32,000 nt of DNA from Geotalea daltonii FRC-32 (GCF_000022265.1 NC_011979.1:2250001-2282000); one strand, 5' to 3'. Positions 1 through 9,039 are shown, counted from the first letter of the stretch. Notes: generated from the letters alone by a model not told the origin. Numbers and translations are program-made.

Positions 1-404
1 CAGAGGGCCACCCTTTTCAGTGACGATTCGACAATGCCGTCAGCCTCAGCCCGGTTGATCCTGCCGTTCAGCTTGTAACCGGCTATGACGTTATCATAGA
101 TGGACATTGCCGGAAAAGGGTTGGGCTTCTGAAAGACCATGCCCACCCGCCGCCTGATGGTGACGGGGTCGGCGCCCTTGTCGTAGATATCGGTATCGTC
201 CAGAAGTATCTTGCCGGTTACCTGGGCCGATGGTACCAGATCGTGCATACGGTTGATGGCCCGCAATACCGTTGATTTGCCGCAACCGGACGGACCGATG
301 ATGGCGGTAACGCTGTTTTCGGGGAATTCCATGGAAACGCTTTTCACGGCATGGTTAGCGCCGAAATGAACATTCAGTTGTTCGAGTTTTACCTTGTTTT
401 GCAT
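1..404 (-). CDS. pstB: Phosphate ABC transporter ATP-binding protein PstB, N-terminal ~134 codons. The 3-prime end lies beyond the window start.
   Basis: Absent from the ORF track because it is open at the window edge. My reverse-strand translation from ATG 404 reads MQNKVKLEQLNVHFGANHAVKSVSMEFPENSVTAIIGPSGCGKSTVLRAINRMHD. It has Walker A GPSGCGKST and an NRM motif typical of PstB, and it sits directly after pstA. Confidence 0.9.
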   Translation of the reverse strand, partial: MQNKVKLEQLNVHFGANHAVKSVSMEFPENSVTAIIGPSGCGKSTVLRAINRMHDLVPSAQVTGKILLDDTDIYDKGADPVTIRRRVGMVFQKPNPFPAMSIYDNVIAGYKLNGRINRAEADGIVESSLKRVAL

Positions 405-418
405 TGAAACCTCATTTA

Positions 419-1258
419 TCAGTTTTTCTGTCTGCTTCTACCGAAGTACCTGGCCGAGAGGCTCAGGGCGAACATGATCGTTACCAGCACCAGTGCGCCG
501 GCCCATGCCAGCCGATGCCAGTCCTCATAGGGAGAGATGGCGAAGTTGAAGATCTGCAGCGGCATGGCAGCCATGGGTGAGGTAAGCTTGTTGCTCCAGA
601 ACTGGTTGCCAAGGGCGGTGAAGAGCAGCGGTGCTGTTTCACCAGCCACCCTGGCAATGGCCAGTAGTACTCCGGTCATGACCCCGGTCATGGCGCTTCT
701 CAAGGTGACCTTGATGCTGGTCCGCCACAGGGGGACGCCCAGGGCGAGAGACGCCTCGCGCAAGGTACCGGGAACCATCTTCAATTGCTCCTCGGTGGTG
801 CGCAGGATAATGGGAATCATGATCATTGCCAGGGCCACGGCGCCGGCCAGGGCGGAAAAGCCCTTCATGGGCACCACCAGCAGCGTATAGGCAACCATCC
901 CGGTGATGATGGAGGGAATGCCGGCCAGGACATCCGCCGCAAAACGGATGGTGGTAGAAATGCGGCTGCCGCCAAACTCGGCCAGGTAAACGGCTCCGAA
1001 AATACCGACGGGAAGGCCGATTACGGACGCCATGCCAATCATCACCGCCGAGCCGGCCATGCCGTTGGCCATGCCGCCGCCGGTTTCACCGGTCGGCTTC
1101 GGTATCTGGGTGAAAAAGTCAATACTGATGGAACTCAAGCCCATCTTTACAATATGGACGAAGATAAATATCAACGGTACCAGCACCGCCAGTGCTGCGG
1201 CAAGCATAAGGCCGGTCATGGCCATGCTGGTTGTTTTGCGCAGGGCAACGCTTTTCAT
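419..1258 (-). CDS. pstA: Phosphate ABC transporter permease PstA
   Basis: 279-aa polytopic membrane ORF with a PstA-like C-terminal half (EASLALGVPLWRT, GETAPLLFTA). It overlaps the pstC stop by 4 nt and lies in the pstS-C-A-B order. Confidence 0.9.
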   Translation of the reverse strand: MKSVALRKTTSMAMTGLMLAAALAVLVPLIFIFVHIVKMGLSSISIDFFTQIPKPTGETGGGMANGMAGSAVMIGMASVIGLPVGIFGAVYLAEFGGSRISTTIRFAADVLAGIPSIITGMVAYTLLVVPMKGFSALAGAVALAMIMIPIILRTTEEQLKMVPGTLREASLALGVPLWRTSIKVTLRSAMTGVMTGVLLAIARVAGETAPLLFTALGNQFWSNKLTSPMAAMPLQIFNFAISPYEDWHRLAWAGALVLVTIMFALSLSARYFGRSRQKN

Positions 1259-2226
1259 CGGCTACCTCCGCTTTGTCCTCTGGTCACGCTCCAGATAAGA
1301 AATCTGGCCAGGGCGTTGATGACGAGGGTCACCACCAGCAGGATCAGGCCGATTTCCATCAGTGCCGAAGAATGGATATTGGAGGTGGCTTCGGCAAACT
1401 CGTTGGCAATGACGCTGGGCATGGTGTAGGCGGGGGAAAGGAGTGACAGTGATATCTGCGGCGTGTTGCCGATGACCATGGTTACCGCCATGGTTTCGCC
1501 GATGGCCCGGCCCATGCCGAGTATGACTGCGCCGAGAATGCCCGATTTGCCGTAGGGGAGGACCGCCATGCGGATCATCTCCCAGCGGGTGGCGCCAAGT
1601 GCTATTGCCGCTTCCTTCTGGCTTTGAGGCACTGCCAGCAGCACCTCACGGCTGATGGAAGTAATGATCGGCACCACCATGATCATGAGGATGAAGATGG
1701 CGGCCAGCATGCTCACCCCGTAGGGTGCCCCCTCAAAAAAGGGGAGAAAGCCGAAATGGTCGATGAGAAACGGCTGAACAGTCTTCTGCAGCCAGGGAGC
1801 CATGACCAGTACCCCCCACAGGCCATAGATAACGCTGGGGATGGCCGCCAGAAGTTCCACCAGGGAGGCTACCACGGCGCCTACTCTTTTCGGGGCTATC
1901 TCGGTAATGAAGACGGCGCTGCCGACACTGAGGGGGGTGGCCAGGGCAAGGGCCAAAACGGATGAAACCACGGAGCCGTAGATGTAGGGGAGGGCGCCGA
2001 ATTCTTCTTGCACAGCATCCCAGTTCTGGCCGGTGATGAAGCGCCAGCCCGATTTTGCCATGGATGGCAGACTTTGGTTGACCATCTCGTAGATCATAAG
2101 GAAGAGAATGGCGAGAATGCTGAAGGCGAAGATGACGGTGATTCCCTTGAAGATGAAATCACCGTTCAAGCCTGTTTTTATTTTCCATCGGTTGGGTATT
2201 GTTGCCTGAGACACTGTATGCTCCAA
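1255..2226 (-). CDS. pstC: Phosphate ABC transporter permease PstC
   Basis: 323-aa membrane ORF with the EAA-type loop (KEAAIALGATRWEMI) and GETMAV motif. The track start at 2226 is TTG. GTG at 2214 preceded by GGAG is an alternative start. Confidence 0.88.
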   Translation of the reverse strand: MEHTVSQATIPNRWKIKTGLNGDFIFKGITVIFAFSILAILFLMIYEMVNQSLPSMAKSGWRFITGQNWDAVQEEFGALPYIYGSVVSSVLALALATPLSVGSAVFITEIAPKRVGAVVASLVELLAAIPSVIYGLWGVLVMAPWLQKTVQPFLIDHFGFLPFFEGAPYGVSMLAAIFILMIMVVPIITSISREVLLAVPQSQKEAAIALGATRWEMIRMAVLPYGKSGILGAVILGMGRAIGETMAVTMVIGNTPQISLSLLSPAYTMPSVIANEFAEATSNIHSSALMEIGLILLVVTLVINALARFLIWSVTRGQSGGSR

Positions 2227-2425
2227 AATGATTCATGGGTGTGGCTGCCGCAACTTCGTCCGTTCGTTCGGTCGCCACAGCTGCAGACCTTGCGCCTTCT
2301 CTACTGTTCGCTGCTGCATCATCGCTTGTTCCAGCTTTGCTTCCGATCATGCACCGGCGGGTGTCCGCTCGCCGCTGTGGCTCTGTCACTCTCTCCCGAA
2401 GCCGCGGCAGCCGTGGGCAAATAGG

Positions 2426-3454
2426 CTACTTTATTGTCTTGACTGTCTTCTCCACCATCTTTGCCACATTGGCCGGCAACGGCGCATAGAGGATCTTCTC
2501 AGCCATCTTCTGGCCGTGCTTCAGTTCCCAGTTGAGGAACTCAACCAGCTTTTTCCCCTTGGCCTTGTCCTTCTGATCCTGGTAAACGAGCAACCAGGTG
2601 AAGCCGACGATTGGGTAGGAGTCCTTGCCCGGCTGGTTGACCAGAGAGACGCGGAAATCGGCGGGCATGGACTTGGCGGCGCCGGCAGCAGCGGCGCTGG
2701 TTGATTTGATGGTCGGCTCGACGAAGACGCCGCTCTTGTTCTTCAGGGAAGCGTATGGCAGCTTGTTTTCCACGGCATAGGCCAGTTCAACGTAGCCGAT
2801 GGTGTATTGGGTGGTTTTGACTTGTCCGGCAACCCCTTCGTTACCCTTGCCGCCGAGTCCTACCGGCCACTTTACCGAGCTTCCCTTGCCCACTTTGCGG
2901 CCCCATTGCTGGCTGACGGAGGAGAGATAGTCGGTGAAGATGCTGGTGGTGCCGCTGCCGTCGGAGCGGTGAACGACAATGATGGCTTTTGCCGGCAGCC
3001 TGAGACCGGGGTTGTCTTTGACGATCCTGGGATCGTTCCACTTGTTCAGCTTGCCCAGGTAGATATCGGTCAGGTTCTCAGACGAAAGCTTCAGCCCCTT
3101 GCCGATGCCGGGTATATTGTAGGTCACGACCACTGCGCCCATGACGGTCGGGATATGGAGCAGCTTACCGGGCACCCGCTTCAGTTCGTCATCATTAAGA
3201 AATTTGTCTGAAGCTCCGAAATCCACGGTCTGGGCAGTGATCTGCTTGATGCCGCCGCCGCTGCCGATGGACTGGTAGTTGAATTTAACGGAGGGGTCGA
3301 CCTTGGCATACTCGGTGAACCATTTTGAATAGAGGGGGTAGGGGAAGGTTGCCCCGGCGCCGTTGATGAGGGTTGCAGCCGAAGCTTGACCGGCCATGGC
3401 CGTTATCGCCGTGATGCTTAAGGTCAGGAAAATGTTTCGAACGAAGTTGAACAT
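2426..3454 (-). CDS. pstS: Periplasmic phosphate-binding protein PstS
   Basis: 342 aa with a signal peptide (..AMAGQASAATL) and PstS hallmarks GAGATFPYPLYSKW and YQSIGSGGGIKQ. AAGGAGG RBS upstream of ATG 3454. Confidence 0.93.
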   Translation of the reverse strand: MFNFVRNIFLTLSITAITAMAGQASAATLINGAGATFPYPLYSKWFTEYAKVDPSVKFNYQSIGSGGGIKQITAQTVDFGASDKFLNDDELKRVPGKLLHIPTVMGAVVVTYNIPGIGKGLKLSSENLTDIYLGKLNKWNDPRIVKDNPGLRLPAKAIIVVHRSDGSGTTSIFTDYLSSVSQQWGRKVGKGSSVKWPVGLGGKGNEGVAGQVKTTQYTIGYVELAYAVENKLPYASLKNKSGVFVEPTIKSTSAAAAGAAKSMPADFRVSLVNQPGKDSYPIVGFTWLLVYQDQKDKAKGKKLVEFLNWELKHGQKMAEKILYAPLPANVAKMVEKTVKTIK

Positions 3455-3483
3455 TGGATGCCTCCTTTTCAGTGATGGCTACC

Positions 3484-3520
3484 TTGATACCGCTGCAATG
3501 TTACAACTGTGTTACAACGG
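3484..3520 (-). promoter_or_regulatory. Candidate PhoB/Pho-box promoter of pstS
   Basis: The minus strand reads GTTGTAACACAGTTGTAACATTGCAGCGGTATCAA. GTTGTAAC is directly repeated with 11-bp phasing (plus-strand 3500-3507 and 3511-3518), followed 7 nt later by a -10-like TATCAA. The proximal 10-mer and its spacing recur upstream of psiE. Confidence 0.5.
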
Positions 3521-3574
3521 GGGAAAGATCAGGTAAAAACGACGATACAGTTATTTTAACAGGCTAATATTGGA

Positions 3575-4012
3575 TTACAGCTCTGCACGATGACTTCTGG
3601 GCGAAAAGCGCACGGCGATGATCCTGACCAGTGCCAGAGACAGGACGAGACTAATTACCATCGCCAGTTCCTGCCATTCCATATCCCTGTACCAGAAGGC
3701 CATGACCTCGGTGAGAACGGTGACTATTACCGTGTCTATGATGTAGGTGACTTTGACCCTCCCCTCGGTGAAATAGGCGAGAGCGGTTCGCAACACCTCC
3801 ACAATGGAGAGAACGGTCAGCACATCCACGAGGATTGTTCTGAAGGCTCCATGGAAATCCATCTCCATGATCAGCCGCAGATCGTAAAAAGTATAGAGAA
3901 CTCCCGCCAGGATCGCTGCCAGGATGGCAATGATCAGCAGGCTCAGGAGCACCCGTGCCGATTGTTCGAAAAAGCGGCTCAATTTCAGATCTATTACATC
4001 TTCTTTCCACAT
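3575..4012 (-). CDS. psiE: PsiE-family (phosphate-starvation-inducible) membrane protein
   Basis: 145 aa, 4 predicted TM helices, with the size and hydrophobic pattern of PsiE as I recall it. It is adjacent to pst and preceded by the same Pho-box-like motif. Confidence 0.6.
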   Translation of the reverse strand: MWKEDVIDLKLSRFFEQSARVLLSLLIIAILAAILAGVLYTFYDLRLIMEMDFHGAFRTILVDVLTVLSIVEVLRTALAYFTEGRVKVTYIIDTVIVTVLTEVMAFWYRDMEWQELAMVISLVLSLALVRIIAVRFSPRSHRAEL

Positions 4013-4035
4013 ATATTTCTCCTTTTTGGGAAAGG

Positions 4036-4070
4036 AGTATAACCTGCTAATGTTACAATTCCGTCACCTT
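4036..4070 (-). promoter_or_regulatory. Candidate Pho-box promoter of the psiE-like gene
   Basis: The minus strand reads GGTGACGGAATTGTAACATTAGCAGGTTATACT. The 10-mer TTGTAACATT is identical to the pstS site, followed by GCAG and a -10-like TATACT at the same 7-nt spacing. The distal half-site is degenerate (GTGAC). Confidence 0.45.
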
Positions 4071-4161
4071 CCGGTGAAAAATTGGAAACTGTTGACATTG
4101 GCGGGGGAAAAGGTATCTTCTGTCAGTTAAATTGGGCATTCAGTTGACGCAGGGAGTGAAC

Positions 4162-4752
4162 ATGGAAAAACTTTTGAACCATCTGAAGGGAAAATTCCTT
4201 GCCGGACTTTTTGTCGTTATCCCGGTGGGAATTACCATCTTCATCCTCATCTTCCTTTTCAACTTCGCTGACGGTATCCTCGGGTCCTATCTGGACAGCC
4301 TCTTCACTGCCATGACCGATGAGGAGATTCACTTCCCCGGGCTCGGTATGCTTACCGGTGCAGTGGTCATTTATCTTTGCGGGCTCTTGGCAACCAACGT
4401 GCTCGGTACCCAGCTTCTCAGATGGTGGGACAGGTTGCTCTCAAGGATTCCACTGGTGAAGTCGATATATACATCAAGCAAGCAACTCACCAAAGTCTTC
4501 AAAGAGGGTAAAACCTCCTATCGCCGGGCAGTGTTTGTTGAGTGGCCGCGCCGGGGAGTGCGGGCCATCGGTTTTGTCACCGCCGAAATAGTGCGGGACG
4601 GCGAGCCCCTGGTAGTGGTTTACGTGCCGACGATGCCCAATCCCACTTCCGGCTTTGCCCTCTTCTTCAAGCAGGATGAAGTTTTCGAAAGTGGAATGAC
4701 GGTGGAGGAGGCGGTCAAGTTCGTTGTTTCCGGTGGAATGGTGGTAAGTTAG
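4162..4752 (+). CDS. DUF502-family membrane protein
   Basis: The N-terminal LKGKFLAGLFVVIPVGITIFILIFLF..DGIL and IPLVKSIYTSSKQL pattern is typical of DUF502. I prefer ATG 4162 (AGGGAG RBS at 4151-4156) over the track start 4132. Confidence 0.75.
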   Translation: MEKLLNHLKGKFLAGLFVVIPVGITIFILIFLFNFADGILGSYLDSLFTAMTDEEIHFPGLGMLTGAVVIYLCGLLATNVLGTQLLRWWDRLLSRIPLVKSIYTSSKQLTKVFKEGKTSYRRAVFVEWPRRGVRAIGFVTAEIVRDGEPLVVVYVPTMPNPTSGFALFFKQDEVFESGMTVEEAVKFVVSGGMVVS

Positions 4753-4753
4753 A

Positions 4754-4798
4754 CCCCCTCCCGATCCCTCCCCCGCTGGGGAAGGGATCGGGAGGGGG
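4754..4798 (+). terminator. GC-rich perfect 16-bp stem hairpin (terminator or REP-like element)
   Basis: CCCCCTCCCGATCCCT (4754-4769) is the exact reverse complement of AGGGATCGGGAGGGGG (4783-4798). It lies right after the DUF502 stop. No clear U-tract follows. Confidence 0.5.
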
Positions 4799-4817
4799 CG
4801 GTGAATCCGGAGTGTGT

Positions 4818-6101
4818 ATGGGTGTTTTGTTACAGGTACAGACTGATTTCATGTCTGTCCCCGATGTTATGCAGTGGATAGATATGAACAGGCTCTCCTG
4901 CGTGGTGACCATAACTCTCGATGGCGACCGGGAAATGACTGTCTACATGGAGCATGGCACCATTATTTATGCCGCTTCCCAGCACAAGGGCTTGCGCCTG
5001 GGGGAATACCTGGCAAAGACAGGCGCCATGAGCGAGGTCCAGGTACTCCAGGCCCTGGGAGAAAGCCGCAAATCCGGTATCTCCCTTATCCGTTACCTGG
5101 CCGACAACAAGATAATAGGGCTTCCTGCTCTAACCGAGGTCTTCACCAATCTGGTGGAAGATCTGCTCATGGAAGTTGTTCAGGTGGGCATGGCTTCGGT
5201 AACCGTCACGTCTCCGCTCCCCGATTTTGTCCTGAACGGGCCGGTCCACCTGCAGACCGGCCAGCTGGTCTTCGATGCCGTGCGCAAGCTGGATGAACTG
5301 AACCGGGACCGCCAGCAGCGGGACGAGTCCATAGAAAAGATCAGCCGACGCCTCTACGAGGAAGATTTTCAGCTGCCGGTCCTGCCCAACATGCTCATGC
5401 AGCTCATTTCCATCATGGAGGACGAAAAATCCACATTCCAGGATATGGCCAGGATTATCATGACCGACCAGGTCCTCATTTCCAGGATTCTCAAGGTCGC
5501 CAACTCCCCGTTTTATGCGGCCACCGGTCAGGTTGATTCCATCCAGTTCGCCATCGTCCGCCTGGGCATGCGGGAGATCATGAACATCGTCACCGCTATC
5601 CAGATCAATTCCCTCAATTTCACCGATGTTTCCAAGGAAAAGCTGCAGGCGATCCTGGACGATGCCCTGAAGACCGCTTTCATGGCCAGCGGCCTGGCCC
5701 GCCATTGCCGGCTCGATCCGGAAGAGGCATTTCTGGGAGGGCTGCTCCTGGACCTGGGGAAGACGGTAATTCTCAGTGTCGCAAAAGACTTCAACATCAA
5801 TCAGGCGCTACTGGATGACCTGCTTAGCGAGCAGCATGCACAGATCGGCTCCCTCATTGCCAAAAAATGGAATTACCCCGAATCGATCCAGAATCTGATC
5901 CGTTACCATCACAAAAAGAATTTCGGCGGCATGGTCAACAGGATGATCGCCCTGGTCCAGGTCGCCGACAACTTCATCCAAACCGGTACCGACAAAGGCA
6001 TCGATCCGGAAGTAATGGCAGCCCTGGCCATTCCCCCCGAAATTTTAACCCAGACCTATGAAACCTCCATTGCTTCATTTAACCAGATAAAGGCTTCCTA
6101 G
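4818..6101 (+). CDS. DUF4388 (PATAN-like) N-terminal domain plus HDOD domain signalling protein
   Basis: The N-terminus has SVPDVMQWIDMNRLSCVVTI..GTIIYA, a DUF4388 pattern. The C-terminal half has LPVLPNMLMQLISIMEDEKSTFQDMARIIMTDQVLISRILKVANSPFY..GMREI, an HDOD pattern. ATG 4818 has GGAG 5 nt upstream. GTG 4812 is an alternative start. Confidence 0.75.
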   Translation: MGVLLQVQTDFMSVPDVMQWIDMNRLSCVVTITLDGDREMTVYMEHGTIIYAASQHKGLRLGEYLAKTGAMSEVQVLQALGESRKSGISLIRYLADNKIIGLPALTEVFTNLVEDLLMEVVQVGMASVTVTSPLPDFVLNGPVHLQTGQLVFDAVRKLDELNRDRQQRDESIEKISRRLYEEDFQLPVLPNMLMQLISIMEDEKSTFQDMARIIMTDQVLISRILKVANSPFYAATGQVDSIQFAIVRLGMREIMNIVTAIQINSLNFTDVSKEKLQAILDDALKTAFMASGLARHCRLDPEEAFLGGLLLDLGKTVILSVAKDFNINQALLDDLLSEQHAQIGSLIAKKWNYPESIQNLIRYHHKKNFGGMVNRMIALVQVADNFIQTGTDKGIDPEVMAALAIPPEILTQTYETSIASFNQIKAS

Positions 6102-6106
6102 ATTAC

Positions 6107-6137
6107 CAGGAAAGAACTAACCGCACGGGACACTAGG
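6107..6137 (+). repeat. Solo copy of the terminal sequence of the 31.3-kb palindromic element
   Basis: CAGGAAAGAACTAACCGCACGGGACACTAGG matches 31458-31486 (CAGGGAACTAATCTGCACGGGACACTAGG). The shared parts are a 15-nt exact core GCACGGGACACTAGG plus GAACTAA and CAGG. Confidence 0.5.
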
Positions 6138-6192
6138 CCCCCTCGTCGCCCATCTCTTCTTTGTTTTGCTTCTGCAAACATGGGCGGAAATT

Positions 6193-8202
6193 TTATTCAA
6201 TCCTGAATTTGGCCACCATTCCTTTTAAATCCATCGCCTGTTGGGAAAGTTCTTCTGCCGACATGACCAGCAACTCCACGGAGGAGAGATTTTCCTGGGC
6301 AAGTTCACTTATGTTCTCCACGGCCTTCACCACCATTTCCCCCCCTTTGCGTTGTTCAGCCGTGGCGTTGGCAACCTGCTGGGTCATTGAGGCCATGCCG
6401 TCAACTGATGCTACTATTTGCTTCGCAGACTTTGCCTGCTCCCGTGTGGCGAGGTTTACCTGCTGGGTGACCTGGTTCATATTATTCACGGCAAGCCGGA
6501 TCTGCTGGTTTCCCTGGGCTTGTTCACGGGCTGAACTGGCAACCAGCGCAGTACTCTGCCTCATTTTATCCACGGCTTTCAGCACTTGACTGGAGGCATT
6601 CGCATGCTCCGCCGTCACGGTGGAGATGTCGCTCATCAGGCTGCTCGTTTGCTCAATGCCCTTGACGATATTGGCGAGGGTGTTCCCAGCCTTGGCGGAA
6701 AGCTCCATGGATGCCCGGGCTTCCCTTGAGGCCTTCTGGCCATATTTTACGGAGTCTTCGGTATCCGCCTGGACCTCTTTGATTACCTGGCCGATTTCCT
6801 TGGTTGCCCCGAAGCTCAGCTTGGCCAGTTTGCGCACTTCGTCGGCCACGACGGCGAAACCGCGTCCTGCATCACCGGCCTGGGCCGCCTCAATGGTCGC
6901 ATTGAGGGCCAGCAGGTTGGTCTGGTCAGCTATATCGTTGATTACCTTGACGATGTTGCCGATTTCATTGGAGTGCTTCCCAAGGTTGACGATGGAAGCT
7001 GCTGTCAACTCGATCACTTCCGCCACCCGCTGCATCGCGGCAAGGGCCTCCTGGACAGCCTGCTGACCCGCATACCCTTCTTTTGCCGCCACTTTTGCCA
7101 CGTTGTCTGCGTCAGCCACATTCTTCGCCACCTGCCGAATGGAGACAGCCATTTGCTCAACGATCACGGCAGTCTCCCCCGCCACCTGCTGGAGTACCTG
7201 ACTGCTCCCCGCCACCTGCTCGTTCGAGACGGTCATTTTTTCAATAGTGGACGAGGTTTCGGACACTGAGGTCGCCATGATATCGGCGCTTCTTGCCACC
7301 TGCTCGCTGGACGCCCCCATCTCCTGGATGGAAGATGAAAATTCATCGGCATATCCTGCCAGTGAGTTGGCACTTTCTGCTACTGTCTGGATGGATGCCG
7401 CCATTTGCAACATGTTGCTGGAAGTCTCTTCACTGGCCGAAGCCTGGCTGTGAGCCGCCTTGGCCAACTGAGATGAATTGTCCGAGATTTGATTGGCAGC
7501 AGAGGCTACCTGCCCGGAGGTCTCCCGGATTTTGCCGACGATGGCACGCAGATTGTCCAGCATGCTATTCATTGAACGGCCCATTTCGCCTATTTCGTCA
7601 TCTGCCCGTATCTCCAGGGTTTCCGTAAGATCGCCGTCAGCTACTTTTTCCAGCATGCCCTTCAGCTTCCCAAGAGGGCGCAACGCCAGGCGGCGGAAGA
7701 GCAGGTAAAATACGAGGGATATGCCCACAATGGAAGCAGCTGCCAGACCCAGTATGATTAATTGAGATTCCCGCAATTTTGCCTTGCTGTTAAGGGTGCT
7801 CAATACGATCTTGGCCATGCCGATTTGTTCGCCGTTTTGCATGACTGGGGTGGTGAACTCCAGCAGGTACTCCTTCTCGGCTTTTGCCCTGGCTGCATGT
7901 TTTTCGTCAAGCTGGGTCAAGGCTTGCCCTTGTTTATCCAGAAACTGTGCATAGACGATTTCCGCGTCGTTGGCGGAAATATCCCGCACATAGTTCTCCA
8001 GGTAGATATAGTTGAAACTGACGATGGGCTCCGCACCAATCGTGGCGAGAAAATGAACGAGGTTCTTTCCCCTTCGGTTCATGTCCGCCATCACGGAATT
8101 TTTTTCATAAAACGTGAGGGAAACGCTCATTACAGAGAAGACCAGGACCAGGGTCGCCAGTATCCCAGCTAAAAATTTTCTGGTAAGATTCCACCTCTTC
8201 AT
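6193..8202 (-). CDS. Methyl-accepting chemotaxis protein with a small periplasmic sensor, HAMP and a very long signalling domain
   Basis: 669 aa. TM1 is at ~11-31, a ~117-aa periplasmic region follows, TM2 is at ~148-170, and HAMP contains [14 protein letters not shown]. The conserved hairpin tip is [37 protein letters not shown] near residue 443. GGAGGG RBS. Confidence 0.92.
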   Translation of the reverse strand: MKRWNLTRKFLAGILATLVLVFSVMSVSLTFYEKNSVMADMNRRGKNLVHFLATIGAEPIVSFNYIYLENYVRDISANDAEIVYAQFLDKQGQALTQLDEKHAARAKAEKEYLLEFTTPVMQNGEQIGMAKIVLSTLNSKAKLRESQLIILGLAAASIVGISLVFYLLFRRLALRPLGKLKGMLEKVADGDLTETLEIRADDEIGEMGRSMNSMLDNLRAIVGKIRETSGQVASAANQISDNSSQLAKAAHSQASASEETSSNMLQMAASIQTVAESANSLAGYADEFSSSIQEMGASSEQVARSADIMATSVSETSSTIEKMTVSNEQVAGSSQVLQQVAGETAVIVEQMAVSIRQVAKNVADADNVAKVAAKEGYAGQQAVQEALAAMQRVAEVIELTAASIVNLGKHSNEIGNIVKVINDIADQTNLLALNATIEAAQAGDAGRGFAVVADEVRKLAKLSFGATKEIGQVIKEVQADTEDSVKYGQKASREARASMELSAKAGNTLANIVKGIEQTSSLMSDISTVTAEHANASSQVLKAVDKMRQSTALVASSAREQAQGNQQIRLAVNNMNQVTQQVNLATREQAKSAKQIVASVDGMASMTQQVANATAEQRKGGEMVVKAVENISELAQENLSSVELLVMSAEELSQQAMDLKGMVAKFRIE

Positions 8203-8234
8203 TTATCGAATCCCTCCACAAAAAGTGCTATGGC

Positions 8235-8286
8235 AATAAAACGCCCGGCATCCCTGTTCCAAACCCTGGAATAGAGGATGCCGGGC
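8235..8286 (-). terminator. Rho-independent terminator between the DUF3365 gene and the MCP gene
   Basis: An 11-bp perfect stem pairs GCCCGGCATCC (8243-8253) with GGATGCCGGGC (8276-8286). On the minus strand it is followed by GTTTTATT (complement of 8235-8242). Confidence 0.65.
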
Positions 8287-8301
8287 AAAAAATTCAGCTA
8301 A

Positions 8302-9039
8302 TTATTTCACCGGTATGCTGACACTGATGGCCCCGCGCACATCACCTTCCTTATAGCCTTCCTTCTTTCTCCCTGAGATGTCCATGTCACCGGCAGGAGA
8401 ACCATGGCAGGTGAGACACATCTGGGTAATATAGACAGGCGCCAGGTAACGGAAGGTCTTTTTGCCGCCGCTGGTTGTCTGTTCTGAATATGTTTTGCTG
8501 CGCACCCATCCATTTTCGAATTTCTTCAATACATCTGTTTCGAATTTGTCCGGTTTATTGGCAGGATTGCGATATTTAAGGCTGGTCTGCTTTACGGTAA
8601 TACCGGTTTTTTTCAAAAACTTATCTCCCGTCTTCTTTCCGTATATTGCCGGAGAAAAACCTTTAAAAGCTATTCCCGGCTGGTTGATCTGGGGTTGAGC
8701 TTCGGTGACAACTTCTTTTGCCGAGTTATGCAGTTTCTGCAGAATGCCGCTGTTATAGTCTGAAGTGTTCAGGTTTTTAATGTCCAGGCCGGTCATTTTT
8801 TTAAAATCATCGGCAAGCTGCGCTTCATAGACTGCAGCTGTAAATCCCTTATCGGCTTTGCCTGACGTATTTATGAGGGATTGATTGTTGGCGATTACGG
8901 CTCGCCCTTTCAGCAAATAGTCGGCAAGGAGCTTTGCCAGCTTTTCATCATTTTGGGCGGCAAACAGATTTTGCGCGAAAAGAAGTGTTGCTGAAACAAG
9001 TCCCATCACCAGTACCACCGAAACCCTTTTTTTCATCAT
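8302..9039 (-). CDS. Periplasmic DUF3365 (Tll0287-like) c-type heme protein
   Basis: Signal peptide MMKKRVSVVLVMGLVSATLLFAQNLFA, a single CxxCH motif (CLTCHG), and family-like KYRNPANKPDKFE and GYKEGDVRGAISVSIP. I take the start at ATG 9039 with a strong AAGGAGG RBS, not the track start 9087. Confidence 0.8.
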   Translation of the reverse strand: MMKKRVSVVLVMGLVSATLLFAQNLFAAQNDEKLAKLLADYLLKGRAVIANNQSLINTSGKADKGFTAAVYEAQLADDFKKMTGLDIKNLNTSDYNSGILQKLHNSAKEVVTEAQPQINQPGIAFKGFSPAIYGKKTGDKFLKKTGITVKQTSLKYRNPANKPDKFETDVLKKFENGWVRSKTYSEQTTSGGKKTFRYLAPVYITQMCLTCHGSPAGDMDISGRKKEGYKEGDVRGAISVSIPVK

